Assembly (NCBI GenBank): GCA_002315815.1
Contig: DCIN01000061.1
Location: forward strand, 1-50,496
DNA: 50,496 nt
Source: Bacteroidales bacterium UBA1725
Lineage (GTDB): Bacteria; Bacteroidota; Bacteroidia; Bacteroidales; UBA932
Direction: 5' to 3'
The notes beneath the pieces are model-generated. The model had not been told where the DNA came from and ran no database searches. It saw only the letters and a list, made by a program, of their open reading frames with translations. Each line of letters opens with the position of its first letter. The first letter of the stretch is position 1. Shown here piece after piece: positions 8,265 through 20,297 of the stretch. The translations under genes and the position numbers were made by a program.

Positions 8265-9260
8265 ATGGCACTTTTCGAAAGTTACGAGCGCAGAATTGAT
8301 CAGATCAACGTCGCTCTCCAGAAATATGGTATCAAGGACATCGACGAGGCCAAGGCCATCTGCGATGCCAAGGGCATAGATCCTTACAAGATGTGTGAGG
8401 ACACCCAGAAAATCTGTTTCGAGAATGCAAAATGGGCTTACGTTGTCGGCGCTGCCATTGCAATCAAGAAGGGCTGCAAGAACGCTGCCGATGCCGCTGA
8501 GGCTATTGGTGAGGGTCTGCAGGCATTCTGCATTCCCGGTTCCGTTGCAGACGACCGTAAGGTCGGACTCGGTCACGGCAATCTCGCCGCAAGACTTCTC
8601 CGCGAGGAGACCGAATGCTTCGCATTCCTTGCAGGCCACGAGTCCTATGCAGCCGCAGAAGGTGCAATCAAAATTGCGGAGATGGCCAACAAGGTTCGCA
8701 AGAAACCCCTCCGTGTCATTCTCAACGGTCTCGGAAAGGATGCTGCCAAGATTATCTCCCGCATCAACGGATTCACTTATGTCCAGACCCAGTTTGATTA
8801 CTACACCGGAGAAGTGAAAGTTCTCTCTGAAACCAAGTACTCAGAGGGAGTACGCGGCGGTGTACGCTGTTATGGTTCCGACGATGTTCGCGAGGGCGTG
8901 GCAATTATGTGGAAGGAAAATGTAGATGTTTCCATCACCGGCAACTCGACCAACCCCACACGTTTCCAGCATCCTGTTGCAGGAACATACAAGAAGGAGC
9001 GTGTTCTTGCCGGCAAGCCCTATTTCTCCGTTGCCTCCGGTGGCGGTACCGGCCGTACCCTGCATCCGGACAATATGGCTGCAGGTCCCGCATCTTACGG
9101 TATGACCGACACCCTCGGCCGTATGCACTCCGACGCTCAGTTTGCAGGCTCAAGCTCTGTTCCCGCACACGTGGAGATGATGGGCTTTATGGGTATGGGC
9201 AACAATCCTATGGTCGGTGCAACCGTAGCCGTAGCCGTAGCTGTCGCTCAGGCAATGTAG
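8265..9260 (+). CDS. GGGtGRT protein (unknown function)
   Basis: Contains the eponymous SVASGGGTGRTLHPDN motif and the N-terminus MALFESYERRI. Confidence 0.92.
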   Translation: MALFESYERRIDQINVALQKYGIKDIDEAKAICDAKGIDPYKMCEDTQKICFENAKWAYVVGAAIAIKKGCKNAADAAEAIGEGLQAFCIPGSVADDRKVGLGHGNLAARLLREETECFAFLAGHESYAAAEGAIKIAEMANKVRKKPLRVILNGLGKDAAKIISRINGFTYVQTQFDYYTGEVKVLSETKYSEGVRGGVRCYGSDDVREGVAIMWKENVDVSITGNSTNPTRFQHPVAGTYKKERVLAGKPYFSVASGGGTGRTLHPDNMAAGPASYGMTDTLGRMHSDAQFAGSSSVPAHVEMMGFMGMGNNPMVGATVAVAVAVAQAM

Positions 9261-9292
9261 CTTGTTTTCAAGGATAATAACTTGACTTCCAT

Positions 9293-9326
9293 TACCTGTA
9301 ATCTTCCACTGGATTACAGGTATTTT
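9293..9326 (+). terminator. Intrinsic terminator
   Basis: TACCTGTAATC/GATTACAGGTA stem followed by TTTT. A TAAATTTG -7 element follows at 9329-9336. Confidence 0.7.
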
Positions 9327-9366
9327 GTTAAATTTGTGGGAATAAACTATCAATAACCAAACAACA

Positions 9367-12300
9367 ATGAGAATCATTAAAACCCTTTTGATCTCTCTTG
9401 GCATCTTCTTCTTCGGAGGATTGGCCCTTGCTCAGAACAGAACCGTCACTGGTGTTGTTTCTGATGCAGATGGCGAACCTGTTCCCGGAGTGGCCGTGGT
9501 AGCCAAGACTTCTTCAAACACCATTGGCCAGACGACGGATGCCAATGGAAAGTACTCAATCAGTTTGCCGTCATCGGTCAAAACTCTCACTTTCTCCGCT
9601 TTGGGATATGAAGAGATTACCTCTGACGTTAATTCTTCAGTATTGAATGTGACGCTTCAGGAATCGGCTCTGTTCCTCGAGGAAGCTGTGTCCATCGGAT
9701 ATGCCAAAGTGAAGAGAAAGGACCTCACCGGTTCTTCCGTTTCTGTGACCGGCGGAGAACTCGCCCAGATTCCTGTCACTTCGGCCGCACAGGCCCTTAC
9801 CGGAAAGGCTGCCGGTGTCAATGTCGTGACTCAGAGCGGTGCTCCAGGTGCCTCTATCAATATCACGGTGCGTGGCGGTACATCCATCACCCAGTCCACA
9901 TCTCCTCTCTATATCGTTGACGGATTTGCGATGGAGAACGGACTCCAGACGGTCGATATCAATGATATCGAGTCCATCGACGTTCTGAAGGATGCCTCTG
10001 CCACCGCAATTTATGGTGCACAGGGTTCAAACGGTGTGATTCTTATCACGACCAAGTCAGGAAAGGAAGGCAAGACTGTTGTCACATACAACGGTTATGT
10101 GGAATTCGAGAAACTCGGCAAGCACATCGACCTTCTTGGAGTGGAGGACTATGTGAAGTATCAGTATGAATTTATGACCCTTCAGGGAAAGATTGACAGC
10201 TGGGCATCAATGTTCGGAGGAGATCCGTCAGATCCGTCATTCTATACCGGTGCCTATTCCAACATCACATCCCAGTATTCGGGCAAGACTCCCATAGACT
10301 GGCAGAATGAAGTTTTCGGAGGTACCGGCGTAACCCATTCCCACAATGTCAGCATCAACGGAGGAACGGACAAGACCAAGTTCCTCATCTCTTACAACAA
10401 CAATACCCAGAACGGTATTATGGCAAAGCACGGCTATGTGCGCAACTCGCTCAGGGCCAAGGTTAACCACGAACTTTGGAAGGGCGTGAGACTTGATTTC
10501 TCTTCAAGTTTCACAGACACCAAGCTCGAAGGCGGCGGTTCCCTCGGCGGTTCCCTCAAGAAGACCATACTTCAGCCTGTGACAGGAGGAAAGCGTTATA
10601 CCAACGAGGAGATGCTCTCCCGTGATCTCGGGGAAGAAATGCTTGCCATCGACTCCCAGTATGATCTCAACAACCCCATTCTTGAGAATTCTGCTGTGGA
10701 TGACCTCAAATATACCCGTCAGTTCAACGTGAATGCAGGAATTGAAATTGATATTCTCAAGAATCTCACCTGGAGAACCGCAGGTAATTACACCTGGCAG
10801 CAGGTCCGCAGCGACTACTGGGACAACGGTACCACAAGGTCCGCCCAGAACTACAAGGTGGATACCCAGAAGGGAGTATATCCCTGGGGAAGGCGCGGCA
10901 ATTCCGAAAGATACTCATATCAGATTACCAATACTCTCAACTGGAACGGTGATTTCGGCCAGCACAACATCAATCTGCTCGCCGGTCAGGAAGTTCTCTT
11001 CAACCAGTCCCAGAGCGAGAGCAATACGTATTACGGCTTCCCGGCCAGCAACTTCGGCCTGAATGACATTTCAATGGCCCAGTCATACAGCAGGTCATCC
11101 AGCCTGAGCAAGAATTCCATCCTGTCCTTCTTCGCCCGTGCGATGTACAATTATGACGACCGTTATCTCATTACGGCATCCGTCCGTGCTGACGGTTCCT
11201 CCAAGTTCGCCAAAGGCAACAAATGGGGATTCTTCCCTTCAGCATCTGCTGCGTGGAGAGTGTCTCAGGAGGACTTCTACCGCAACGGAACTTACAAGAA
11301 CTTTATGAACAGGCTCAAGCTACGTGTCGGTTACGGTGCATCGGGTAACTGCAATGTCGCCAATAATATGTACGCTACAGATTATGGTTCAGGACATTAC
11401 GCCATCAATAAGACTGATGTTTCCACCCTTAAGCCAGGTTCTACGGTCGGCAATCCCAATCTCAAGTGGGAGACCACCGCTTCCTTCAACGTGGGTGTGG
11501 ATATGGGTATCGTCCACGACCGGGTTTCTGTCAGCGTGGACTGGTACAACAATGAGTCAAAGGACCTTATCATCCAGAACAGCATACCTTCATCGACAGG
11601 TTACACTTCCCAGTATCAGAACATAGGTTCCATCCGCAACCGTGGCGTCGAGGCTGTCATCAACTCCATCAACATAGAGAACAAGGACTTCCGCTGGTCC
11701 ACGGATTTCAATATCTCCTTCAACAAGAGCAAAGTGCTTGCGATATATGGAAACGGCGGCGAGGATTATATGACCCGCTCCGCTGAGGAAGGCCATTGCC
11801 AGTATATGATAAAAGTAGGCCAGCCTATCGGCCAGTTCTACGGATTCGAGTACGACGGAATCTATACGACCGATGATTTCGTTCAGAATGCCGACGGTAC
11901 CTACTCTCTCAAACCCGGTGTTCCCTACGACAGCAACCGCAAGCCATCGAGCATCAAGCCCGGTGATTTCAAGCTCAAGGCCCAGACGGACGCGAAGGAC
12001 GCAAATGGCACATCCACGTTCAACTCTACCAAGAATGACGACAAGGTGGTCATCGGAAACGCTATGCCCATATTCTCTGGCGGTATGACCAACACTTTCA
12101 CCTATAAGGGATTCGACCTGTCCATATTTATGAACTTCAGCTTCGGCAACAAGGTGTTCAATATGTCGACACAGCGCTTCATAGGACCATACCTCCCCAA
12201 TCAGACTATGCTTTCGACTATGTCGAAGAGATTCACCCTGATTGACCCTGCCACCGGAAAAGAAACCACCAATCTGGCAAGATTGGCGGAAATCAATCCC

Positions 12301-12630
12301 AACCAGTATGACGATGACATTATGTGGAGTCTCAACTCTGACAACAAACTCGCCATCACTTGCCCTATGGACAAATATGTTGAGGATGGTTCCTACCTGA
12401 GACTCAACACTATAACCTTCGGATACACCATCCCCAAGAAGGTCACCCGTGTTGCTCACATCGAGAACCTCCGCTTCTATGTCACCCTCCACAATATCCA
12501 CACTTTCACAAAGTACAGCGGATATGACCCCGAGGTGTCCAATTCCAGCAGTATTCTCACTCAGGGTATGGACAGTTCATCATATCCTCGTTCAAAGGGT
12601 TGCGTATTCGGTCTTAACCTCTCATTCTAA
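9367..12630 (+). CDS. SusC/RagA TonB-dependent transporter
   Basis: N-terminal extension, plug PLYIVDG, DIESIDVLKDASATAIYG..G.NGVILITTK, RADGSSKF, NPNLKWET, C-terminal F. Confidence 0.96.
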   Translation: MRIIKTLLISLGIFFFGGLALAQNRTVTGVVSDADGEPVPGVAVVAKTSSNTIGQTTDANGKYSISLPSSVKTLTFSALGYEEITSDVNSSVLNVTLQESALFLEEAVSIGYAKVKRKDLTGSSVSVTGGELAQIPVTSAAQALTGKAAGVNVVTQSGAPGASINITVRGGTSITQSTSPLYIVDGFAMENGLQTVDINDIESIDVLKDASATAIYGAQGSNGVILITTKSGKEGKTVVTYNGYVEFEKLGKHIDLLGVEDYVKYQYEFMTLQGKIDSWASMFGGDPSDPSFYTGAYSNITSQYSGKTPIDWQNEVFGGTGVTHSHNVSINGGTDKTKFLISYNNNTQNGIMAKHGYVRNSLRAKVNHELWKGVRLDFSSSFTDTKLEGGGSLGGSLKKTILQPVTGGKRYTNEEMLSRDLGEEMLAIDSQYDLNNPILENSAVDDLKYTRQFNVNAGIEIDILKNLTWRTAGNYTWQQVRSDYWDNGTTRSAQNYKVDTQKGVYPWGRRGNSERYSYQITNTLNWNGDFGQHNINLLAGQEVLFNQSQSESNTYYGFPASNFGLNDISMAQSYSRSSSLSKNSILSFFARAMYNYDDRYLITASVRADGSSKFAKGNKWGFFPSASAAWRVSQEDFYRNGTYKNFMNRLKLRVGYGASGNCNVANNMYATDYGSGHYAINKTDVSTLKPGSTVGNPNLKWETTASFNVGVDMGIVHDRVSVSVDWYNNESKDLIIQNSIPSSTGYTSQYQNIGSIRNRGVEAVINSINIENKDFRWSTDFNISFNKSKVLAIYGNGGEDYMTRSAEEGHCQYMIKVGQPIGQFYGFEYDGIYTTDDFVQNADGTYSLKPGVPYDSNRKPSSIKPGDFKLKAQTDAKDANGTSTFNSTKNDDKVVIGNAMPIFSGGMTNTFTYKGFDLSIFMNFSFGNKVFNMSTQRFIGPYLPNQTMLSTMSKRFTLIDPATGKETTNLARLAEINPNQYDDDIMWSLNSDNKLAITCPMDKYVEDGSYLRLNTITFGYTIPKKVTRVAHIENLRFYVTLHNIHTFTKYSGYDPEVSNSSSILTQGMDSSSYPRSKGCVFGLNLSF

Positions 12631-12642
12631 TAGCATACGGAT

Positions 12643-14490
12643 ATGAAAAAATATATTGCAATCATCAGTTTTGCTGCGCTTTCTCTGTTTGCGGTATCCT
12701 GTGAAGGGTTCCTTGAGATTCCTTCAGAGACCAAGTTCGACAGCAGTTCAATCTTCAGCTCATATGACAAGGCTGAGATGGCGGTTCTGGCTGCATATCC
12801 TGCAGGTTATAACCGCGAGATGTGGTATCAGCTCGGTATGGGCACCGACGAGGTGATTTCCACTGAAGGTTCCACAAACTCCAAGAACCAGATAGGAAAT
12901 TATGTACTCAGTGGCGGAATAACAGGAACATCCACCTACACTTCAGCATATGCGGCCATAGAGTATGCCAATGTCTGCATAGACGGTCTTTCCAAGGTCA
13001 ATATCAGCGGTATTGACAGGCTTGTCGGTGAGTGCTACTGCATACGTGCGATGGCTTATCTCAACCTTGTCCGTTACTGGGGAGACGTTCCTTACACCAC
13101 AGTTCCCGTGGCCTCTCTGGAGTCATTCTATTCCTCCAGAGTGAGCAGGGACGAGATTCTTGACGGATGTGTCAAAGACCTTCAGGACGCTGTCAAACTA
13201 CTTCCTTGGAAGAGCGAGATTTCCGATTTCACTCCTGAGAGATACTGCAAGGAATCGGCCTATGCCCTTCTTGCCAGGGTGGCTCTCTACGATGCAGGAT
13301 ACTCTCTGCGCTGGGATATGAACACCGTTCCCTATGCAGTAGGCAGTGTCAAGATTGCAAAGCGTGATGACTCTGCGAAAGTCAAGGAACTCAACAAGAT
13401 AGCTATGGATGCCTGCAAGGCGGTGATGGACAGGGGATCATTCTCTCTCGACACCGACTATGCCAACATTTTCCGTGACCTCGTGAACGGAAGATACAAC
13501 AAGGAATCCATACTTGAGCAGGGCCAGTACGGAACCAACTGCAATGTGGAGACAGGCTATACCAACGCAGCGTTCTGCCACGCCAGCAGTATGTACGGTA
13601 AAGCTCAGCCGGCGATGAAGATGAATCCGGCTCTCTACTTCGATTACGAAGAAGGAGACCAGAGACGTGATGTCTCCATCTGCACCTATGCGGTGGACGA
13701 CAAGAGCAACCTCCATCTTCATCCTTACGGAGGTTTCTATGTTGGCAAATTCCGTGTAAGCTGGAAATCATCCATAGGCACTGCCACCAACAAGAGGGAC
13801 ATCAACTGGCCCTGGTTCAGATATGACCATATCCTCCTTATGTACGCAGAGGCCGCAAACGAATATAACGGAGCACCTACGACAGAGGCCATCAATGCGC
13901 TCAAACAAATCAGAATCAGAGCTTTCGGAAGCGAGAGCCTGATTGGGACCATTCCCACCGACCACGACGGTTTCCTTAATGCAATCATCGAGGAGAACAA
14001 GCTTGAGTTTGCGGGAGAATCCTGGCGCCGTACTGAGCTTTGCCGCTGGGGTATTCAGTATGAGACTCTTATGGCAACAAAGGACAAGCTCGTGAAGATT
14101 GCCGGACGTGAAGGAAAGTATGCCAACTTCGACAGATATCGTGCCTACAAACCCGTGGCCGGAGTTTTCAACTATTCCGACACTGTTGTTCCTTATGTCG
14201 GAGCACAGACTTTGGAGGAATTGAACAACAAACTCAGCGCAGATGCTCCGAACTGGACCATAGTCGATATGTACAACAACAAGGTAGCAGCAAATACCGA
14301 CAGCGCCTTGCAGATGGCGGGGTATTCTTCCGGCGAATGGCAGGGAAATACCGGATTTTCTGATTTGGCCTGGTACAAGGACCTCTTCAGGGGACTCACA
14401 AAGAACAAGACCGAAATCTGTCCTTTGAGCCAGACTTCAGTCATAGACGTGAATCCCGGTCTCAAGGATCAGCAGGCACCTGGATATTAG
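12643..14490 (+). CDS. SusD/RagB lipoprotein
   Basis: Lipobox AVSC, GECYCIRAMAYLNLVRYWGDVP, RY..ILLMYAEA, LEFAGESWRR, terminal PGY; follows SusC. Confidence 0.93.
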   Translation: MKKYIAIISFAALSLFAVSCEGFLEIPSETKFDSSSIFSSYDKAEMAVLAAYPAGYNREMWYQLGMGTDEVISTEGSTNSKNQIGNYVLSGGITGTSTYTSAYAAIEYANVCIDGLSKVNISGIDRLVGECYCIRAMAYLNLVRYWGDVPYTTVPVASLESFYSSRVSRDEILDGCVKDLQDAVKLLPWKSEISDFTPERYCKESAYALLARVALYDAGYSLRWDMNTVPYAVGSVKIAKRDDSAKVKELNKIAMDACKAVMDRGSFSLDTDYANIFRDLVNGRYNKESILEQGQYGTNCNVETGYTNAAFCHASSMYGKAQPAMKMNPALYFDYEEGDQRRDVSICTYAVDDKSNLHLHPYGGFYVGKFRVSWKSSIGTATNKRDINWPWFRYDHILLMYAEAANEYNGAPTTEAINALKQIRIRAFGSESLIGTIPTDHDGFLNAIIEENKLEFAGESWRRTELCRWGIQYETLMATKDKLVKIAGREGKYANFDRYRAYKPVAGVFNYSDTVVPYVGAQTLEELNNKLSADAPNWTIVDMYNNKVAANTDSALQMAGYSSGEWQGNTGFSDLAWYKDLFRGLTKNKTEICPLSQTSVIDVNPGLKDQQAPGY

Positions 14491-14508
14491 TGTAATTTTT
14501 ACCAAAAC

Positions 14509-14540
14509 AAAGAGGTCGGCAGAAAAATGTCGGCCTCTTT
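14509..14540 (+). terminator. Terminator between convergent genes
   Basis: AAAGAGGTCGGCA/TGTCGGCCTCTTT stem with two G-U pairs. Confidence 0.7.
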
Positions 14541-14573
14541 CTGATATTCACTTAGATACTCCACCGATTCTGT

Positions 14574-15392
14574 TCAGATACCGCGCAATTCCCAGAAAGC
14601 CACCGCCGCCGCAGCTGCGACGTTGAGGGAATCCACATTGTTCTTCATTGGAATACGCACCGTGTAGTCACATTCACAGATTGTTTCGGGAGCGAGTCCG
14701 TCCCCTTCCGTTCCCAATACCAGAGCCACACGGTCAATTGCCTTCAGGGCAGGATCATCCAAAGAGATGCTCTGCTCGCTGAGGGCAAGGGCGACGGTTT
14801 TGAAGCCATAGTCCCTGAGAGATCCGACAGAGCTGTCCAACCAAGTCCAAGGAATTTGGAACACGGTACCCATAGAGACGCGTACTGCACGACGGTTCAA
14901 TGGATTACAGGTGGTTCTGGTAAGCAGGACCGCATCCGCTCCCAGAGCCGCAGCCGAACGGAAAATCGCTCCGATGTTGGTGGTGTTGGTAACGCTGTCT
15001 ATCACTGCCACCTTGCGGGCATCTTTCAGCACACTTTCCACCGTCGGGAGTTCCGGCCTCACCATAGCGCACAGGATACAACGGGTCATTGGGAAACCCG
15101 TCAGCTCCTTCAACAGATCGTGGCTGCCTGTATAGATTGGAATGTCTCCATAGATTGAGTGATTTTCCAATCGCTCAATTGTAGGGGCGGCAATACCTCT
15201 GATGTGTCTTTCTTCAGTGAGAAGAGCCCTGGGCTTGTACCCTGCATCCAAGGCCAGATTAATGACTTTCGGGCTTTCGGCTATGAATAGTGCCTCATCG
15301 ACCAGACGTTTGTCGCACAATTGGGCTTCTGTCAGCGACGAGAAGATTTCCACGCCTGAATCCGAAAGTGAACTTATATGAATAATCGGCAT
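14574..15392 (-). CDS. TrmH/SpoU-family RNA methyltransferase
   Basis: NIGAIFRSAAALG, RAVRVSMG, LVLGTEGDGL, IPM....SLNVAAA. Confidence 0.93.
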   Translation of the reverse strand: MPIIHISSLSDSGVEIFSSLTEAQLCDKRLVDEALFIAESPKVINLALDAGYKPRALLTEERHIRGIAAPTIERLENHSIYGDIPIYTGSHDLLKELTGFPMTRCILCAMVRPELPTVESVLKDARKVAVIDSVTNTTNIGAIFRSAAALGADAVLLTRTTCNPLNRRAVRVSMGTVFQIPWTWLDSSVGSLRDYGFKTVALALSEQSISLDDPALKAIDRVALVLGTEGDGLAPETICECDYTVRIPMKNNVDSLNVAAAAAVAFWELRGI

Positions 15393-15425
15393 ATCTCCGC
15401 GAAGTTAGCAAGTAAATCCCAAAAG

Positions 15426-15457
15426 TTTGCAAGAGAGTCTCTTTTGTTTTATATTTG
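15426..15457 (+). promoter_or_regulatory. Canonical Bacteroidetes promoter
   Basis: TTTG, N20, TATATTTG upstream of 15531. Confidence 0.6.
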
Positions 15458-15530
15458 CTATCTCAACGTTGCTCTGGTGGCGTATTTGATAATCAGCAAT
15501 CACTTTTTCGACATTCAGTAATCAAATAAT

Positions 15531-16184
15531 ATGAAAGTAAAACAAATAACTCTGGCATCGGTCTTTATTTTCCTTTTGAGTGCGGTTTCCGTTTATGCTC
15601 AGGACAACTGGGATTTCGGTGTCAAGGGGGGCATTGCGCTCAATATGATGCCCCACACCACACTTGACGTAAAGGATGAGTACAAGGCCAATTTCGGATT
15701 CCAGGGTGGCGCGTTCGTCAACGTGGCCCTTTCTGATATGATTCTCGCCCAGGTGGAGGTCCTGTACAGCCGTAAGGGTGTGACCACCACCAACCATTTT
15801 GGCGAAGATGTTTTCGGTGGTTCTGCACTCACCTACACCCGCAACATCCATTACCTGCAGTTCCCTGTCCTGGTGGGTTTCCATTCCCTTCTGGACAACA
15901 AACTGAGTCTTCTTCTGGGCCCCGAACTTGGTGTGTACCTTGGTGACAGAATCAAAACGAACTACGACTCACCGAGTTACAATACGAATAAGTGCAATCC
16001 GTTCAATCTTGGGCTCGGTCTGCAGGCAGCGTATTACATAACCGACAATCTTGGAATTGAACTCAAGTTTGACTTGGGCCTGACCCATACTTTCAAGAAA
16101 CAACCGGAGGGATCAGTGATTCCGGACGACAAGGGACGCAACTCTGCGGTTCAGATGAACATCTGCTACAGATTCGGGTATTGA
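15531..16184 (+). CDS. Outer-membrane beta-barrel (porin/PorT-like family)
   Basis: Signal peptide, FGVKGG, GFQGG, EVLYSRKG, YLQFPV, GPELG, terminal YRF(GY). Confidence 0.8.
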   Translation: MKVKQITLASVFIFLLSAVSVYAQDNWDFGVKGGIALNMMPHTTLDVKDEYKANFGFQGGAFVNVALSDMILAQVEVLYSRKGVTTTNHFGEDVFGGSALTYTRNIHYLQFPVLVGFHSLLDNKLSLLLGPELGVYLGDRIKTNYDSPSYNTNKCNPFNLGLGLQAAYYITDNLGIELKFDLGLTHTFKKQPEGSVIPDDKGRNSAVQMNICYRFGY

Positions 16185-16215
16185 TTCCCCCATTGATTTC
16201 CCCATTGATTCCTCG
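16180..16215 (+). repeat. Imperfect 12-bp tandem repeat x3 starting at a stop codon
   Basis: ATTGATTCCCCC ATTGATTTCCCC ATTGATTCCTCG. Confidence 0.75.
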
Positions 16216-16277
16216 GAAATTTATCCGGAGATTCATCCATAAAATCAGATTATTCAACACTTTTCAGCCATTCAGCT

Positions 16278-16901
16278 ATGAAAAAGACAGCAATTATTCT
16301 TGCAACGGTTTTCGTATCGGCAGTATCATTTGCCAAGGTCCCCGGATCAATCAGTGCAAGTGCGGGAGTGGGCATTGAACCCTATTTTTATTCCAGCGGT
16401 TCCTGGAATCCCGAATCCCTTTCCGGAGTATTTGTGCGCGCAGACTATGAATTCCATTTCACTCAAGTCAGCGGATTAAGCACCGGTATCCGTCTGGATT
16501 ATCTCGGTCTCGGTGATTATGCCAAACTGTCAAAAGGTTCTTACACATTCGAGACAAGCTGGAAGAAACTTTATGTCGATGTCCCCGTCAAGTACAATGC
16601 GCATTTCGATGGCTTCTACTTCAATGCAGGTCCGATTCTCCGGATTCTTGCAAGCTACAGTTACAAGGAGACTGAAGTCACCACGGGAGAGAGTCAATCT
16701 TACAATGAACTGAAAGGGGGTAATTTCAATCTTTTCAATCTTGGGGGAGGTCTGGATTTGGGTTATGTGTTCACTACCGGCATCAGACTTTCGGCAGGTT
16801 GTGAGTACTACTTCCTGAACGGTATCAAGAACAGTATTGAAAACGGCCCGGACGGATTCAAGAGTATGTTCATCACTTTCGGTGTGGGCTATTGCTTCTA
16901 G
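16278..16901 (+). CDS. Outer-membrane beta-barrel protein
   Basis: Signal peptide, YVDVPV, FNAGP, alternating beta-strands, terminal GVGYCF. Confidence 0.75.
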   Translation: MKKTAIILATVFVSAVSFAKVPGSISASAGVGIEPYFYSSGSWNPESLSGVFVRADYEFHFTQVSGLSTGIRLDYLGLGDYAKLSKGSYTFETSWKKLYVDVPVKYNAHFDGFYFNAGPILRILASYSYKETEVTTGESQSYNELKGGNFNLFNLGGGLDLGYVFTTGIRLSAGCEYYFLNGIKNSIENGPDGFKSMFITFGVGYCF

Positions 16902-17367
16902 TCAGTTCTTCCGCAATGATTATTGCGGCGTTTCCTATGATGCGCTCGCAGGGTCGGTTGGTATAGTATTCCACCGTCCGTTCGCTTGGAACGGGCGGTT
17001 CTTTCTTGTCGGCCCTCAACTGCAGTATCTCTCTGCAAACAATGCTTCCGTTCGCTTCCCGGAATTTTTGGGCGAATTGCTGGACCAGAGCGTAATTCGC
17101 CGTACGCTCGTCCATATTGCCCGGGTTTACTGCCGGTTTGATTAAACCGGCGATGAAAGTAGTTGCGGACATTGCCCCGCAGACTTCCCTGAGCCGTCCC
17201 ATTCCTCCTCCGAATCCGGATGCGAGTCCTGCTATTGCTTCTGCCGGAATGTCCATAATATCCTGAAAGGCAAGCAAAACTGACTGACAGCAGTTGTAGC
17301 CGTCACGGAAGAAGGCTCTTGCCATCCTGCTTCGTTCTTCCGGATCGATCTTGGTGTGAACGGACAT
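16873..17367 (-). CDS. C-GCAxxG-C-C family putative redox-active protein
   Basis: GYNCCQSV, FGGGMGRLREVCGA, GSIVCREIL, RPC. Start placed at MSVHTK. Confidence 0.85.
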   Translation of the reverse strand: MSVHTKIDPEERSRMARAFFRDGYNCCQSVLLAFQDIMDIPAEAIAGLASGFGGGMGRLREVCGAMSATTFIAGLIKPAVNPGNMDERTANYALVQQFAQKFREANGSIVCREILQLRADKKEPPVPSERTVEYYTNRPCERIIGNAAIIIAEELTRSNSPHRK

Positions 17368-17446
17368 ATTTTGTTCCTGAATAACATTCAATGTTGTCAC
17401 AAATATAGGAAAATGATAAAAAATGATTAAATTGCAAGGAAAATAA

Positions 17447-19197
<1,751 letters not shown>

Positions 19198-19221
19198 ACA
19201 TTGTGAGAAACAGTGCAAATA

Positions 19222-19254
19222 ACAGTGAAAAGACAGTGAAAAGACAGTGAAAAG
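19222..19254 (+). repeat. 11-bp tandem repeat x3 containing the atpB start codon
   Basis: (ACAGTGAAAAG)3 plus degenerate copies upstream. The GTG at 19247 lies in the last copy. Confidence 0.85.
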
Positions 19255-20278
19255 GCTGATGCTCATATTGCTTTCCGTTCTTCTCCCTCTTTCTGCGGGA
19301 GCGGTTGATTTGGATATGCAGGAGTATCTCTTCGGTCACGTGCAGGACAGTTACGAATGGCACATCACTACAATCAAAGGCGAGCCCATATCCATCTACC
19401 TTCCTGTCATCGTACATTCGAAGACCTCCGGCTGGCATTGCTTCAGTTCCCGTCACATCGTTGAGGGTGAGATATACGAGGGATTCCGTCTGGCCGGGAG
19501 CACGGAGGCGCACAGCGGAAAATTGGTCGAGGAAGTCGGAGGGGAGCTTGTGAAACCTCTGGACATCTCCATTACCAAGAATGTGCTGGGACTTGCAATC
19601 AACAGTCTGGTGGTGCTGCTCGTGATTCTGCTGGGAGCCCGCTGGTACCGCAGGCACGATGCCACCGAGGAGGCTCCGAGAGGATTCGCCGGCGTAGTGG
19701 AAATGATGGTTATGATGGTGGAGAATGACATAATCAAGGAGTGCGTGGGCAAGGACTACAAACGCTACAGCCCTTATCTGCTCACCGCATTCTTCTTCAT
19801 CTTCATCAACAATCTGATGGGAATAGTGCCTTTCTTCCCGGGAGGGGCCAACATCACTGGAAATATTGCCATAACCCTCTTCCTTGCACTGTGTACATTC
19901 ATTGCTGTCAACCTTTTCGGAAACAAGCATTACTGGAAGGAGATTCTCTGGCCAAACGTGCCGGTTTTCCTGAAGGCGTTCCCGCTGATGCCTCTAATAG
20001 AGATCATCGGTATGTTCACCAAACCTTTCTCCTTGATGATAAGGCTCTTTGCCAATATTCTGGCCGGGCACGTGATGTTGTTGGGAGTTGTGGCTGTGGT
20101 TTTCCTCACTGCTGAACTGGGTGCTGCTATGAACGCCGGCCTGAGCGCGATAGCTGTGTTCTTCGGAGTATTTATGGACTGTCTGGAACTGCTTGTGGCA
20201 TTCCTGCAGGCTTATGTGTTCACGATGCTCAGTTCTGTGTTCATAGGGTTGAGCAGGCAGGAACCGGAAATAGAATAA
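19247..20278 (+). CDS. atpB: Fo subunit a
   Basis: NLMGIVP, NITGNI, KPFSLMIRLFANILAGH, ELLVAFLQAYVF. Confidence 0.97.
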   Translation: MKRLMLILLSVLLPLSAGAVDLDMQEYLFGHVQDSYEWHITTIKGEPISIYLPVIVHSKTSGWHCFSSRHIVEGEIYEGFRLAGSTEAHSGKLVEEVGGELVKPLDISITKNVLGLAINSLVVLLVILLGARWYRRHDATEEAPRGFAGVVEMMVMMVENDIIKECVGKDYKRYSPYLLTAFFFIFINNLMGIVPFFPGGANITGNIAITLFLALCTFIAVNLFGNKHYWKEILWPNVPVFLKAFPLMPLIEIIGMFTKPFSLMIRLFANILAGHVMLLGVVAVVFLTAELGAAMNAGLSAIAVFFGVFMDCLELLVAFLQAYVFTMLSSVFIGLSRQEPEIE

Positions 20279-20297
20279 ACTTTAAAACTTTTTTGAT

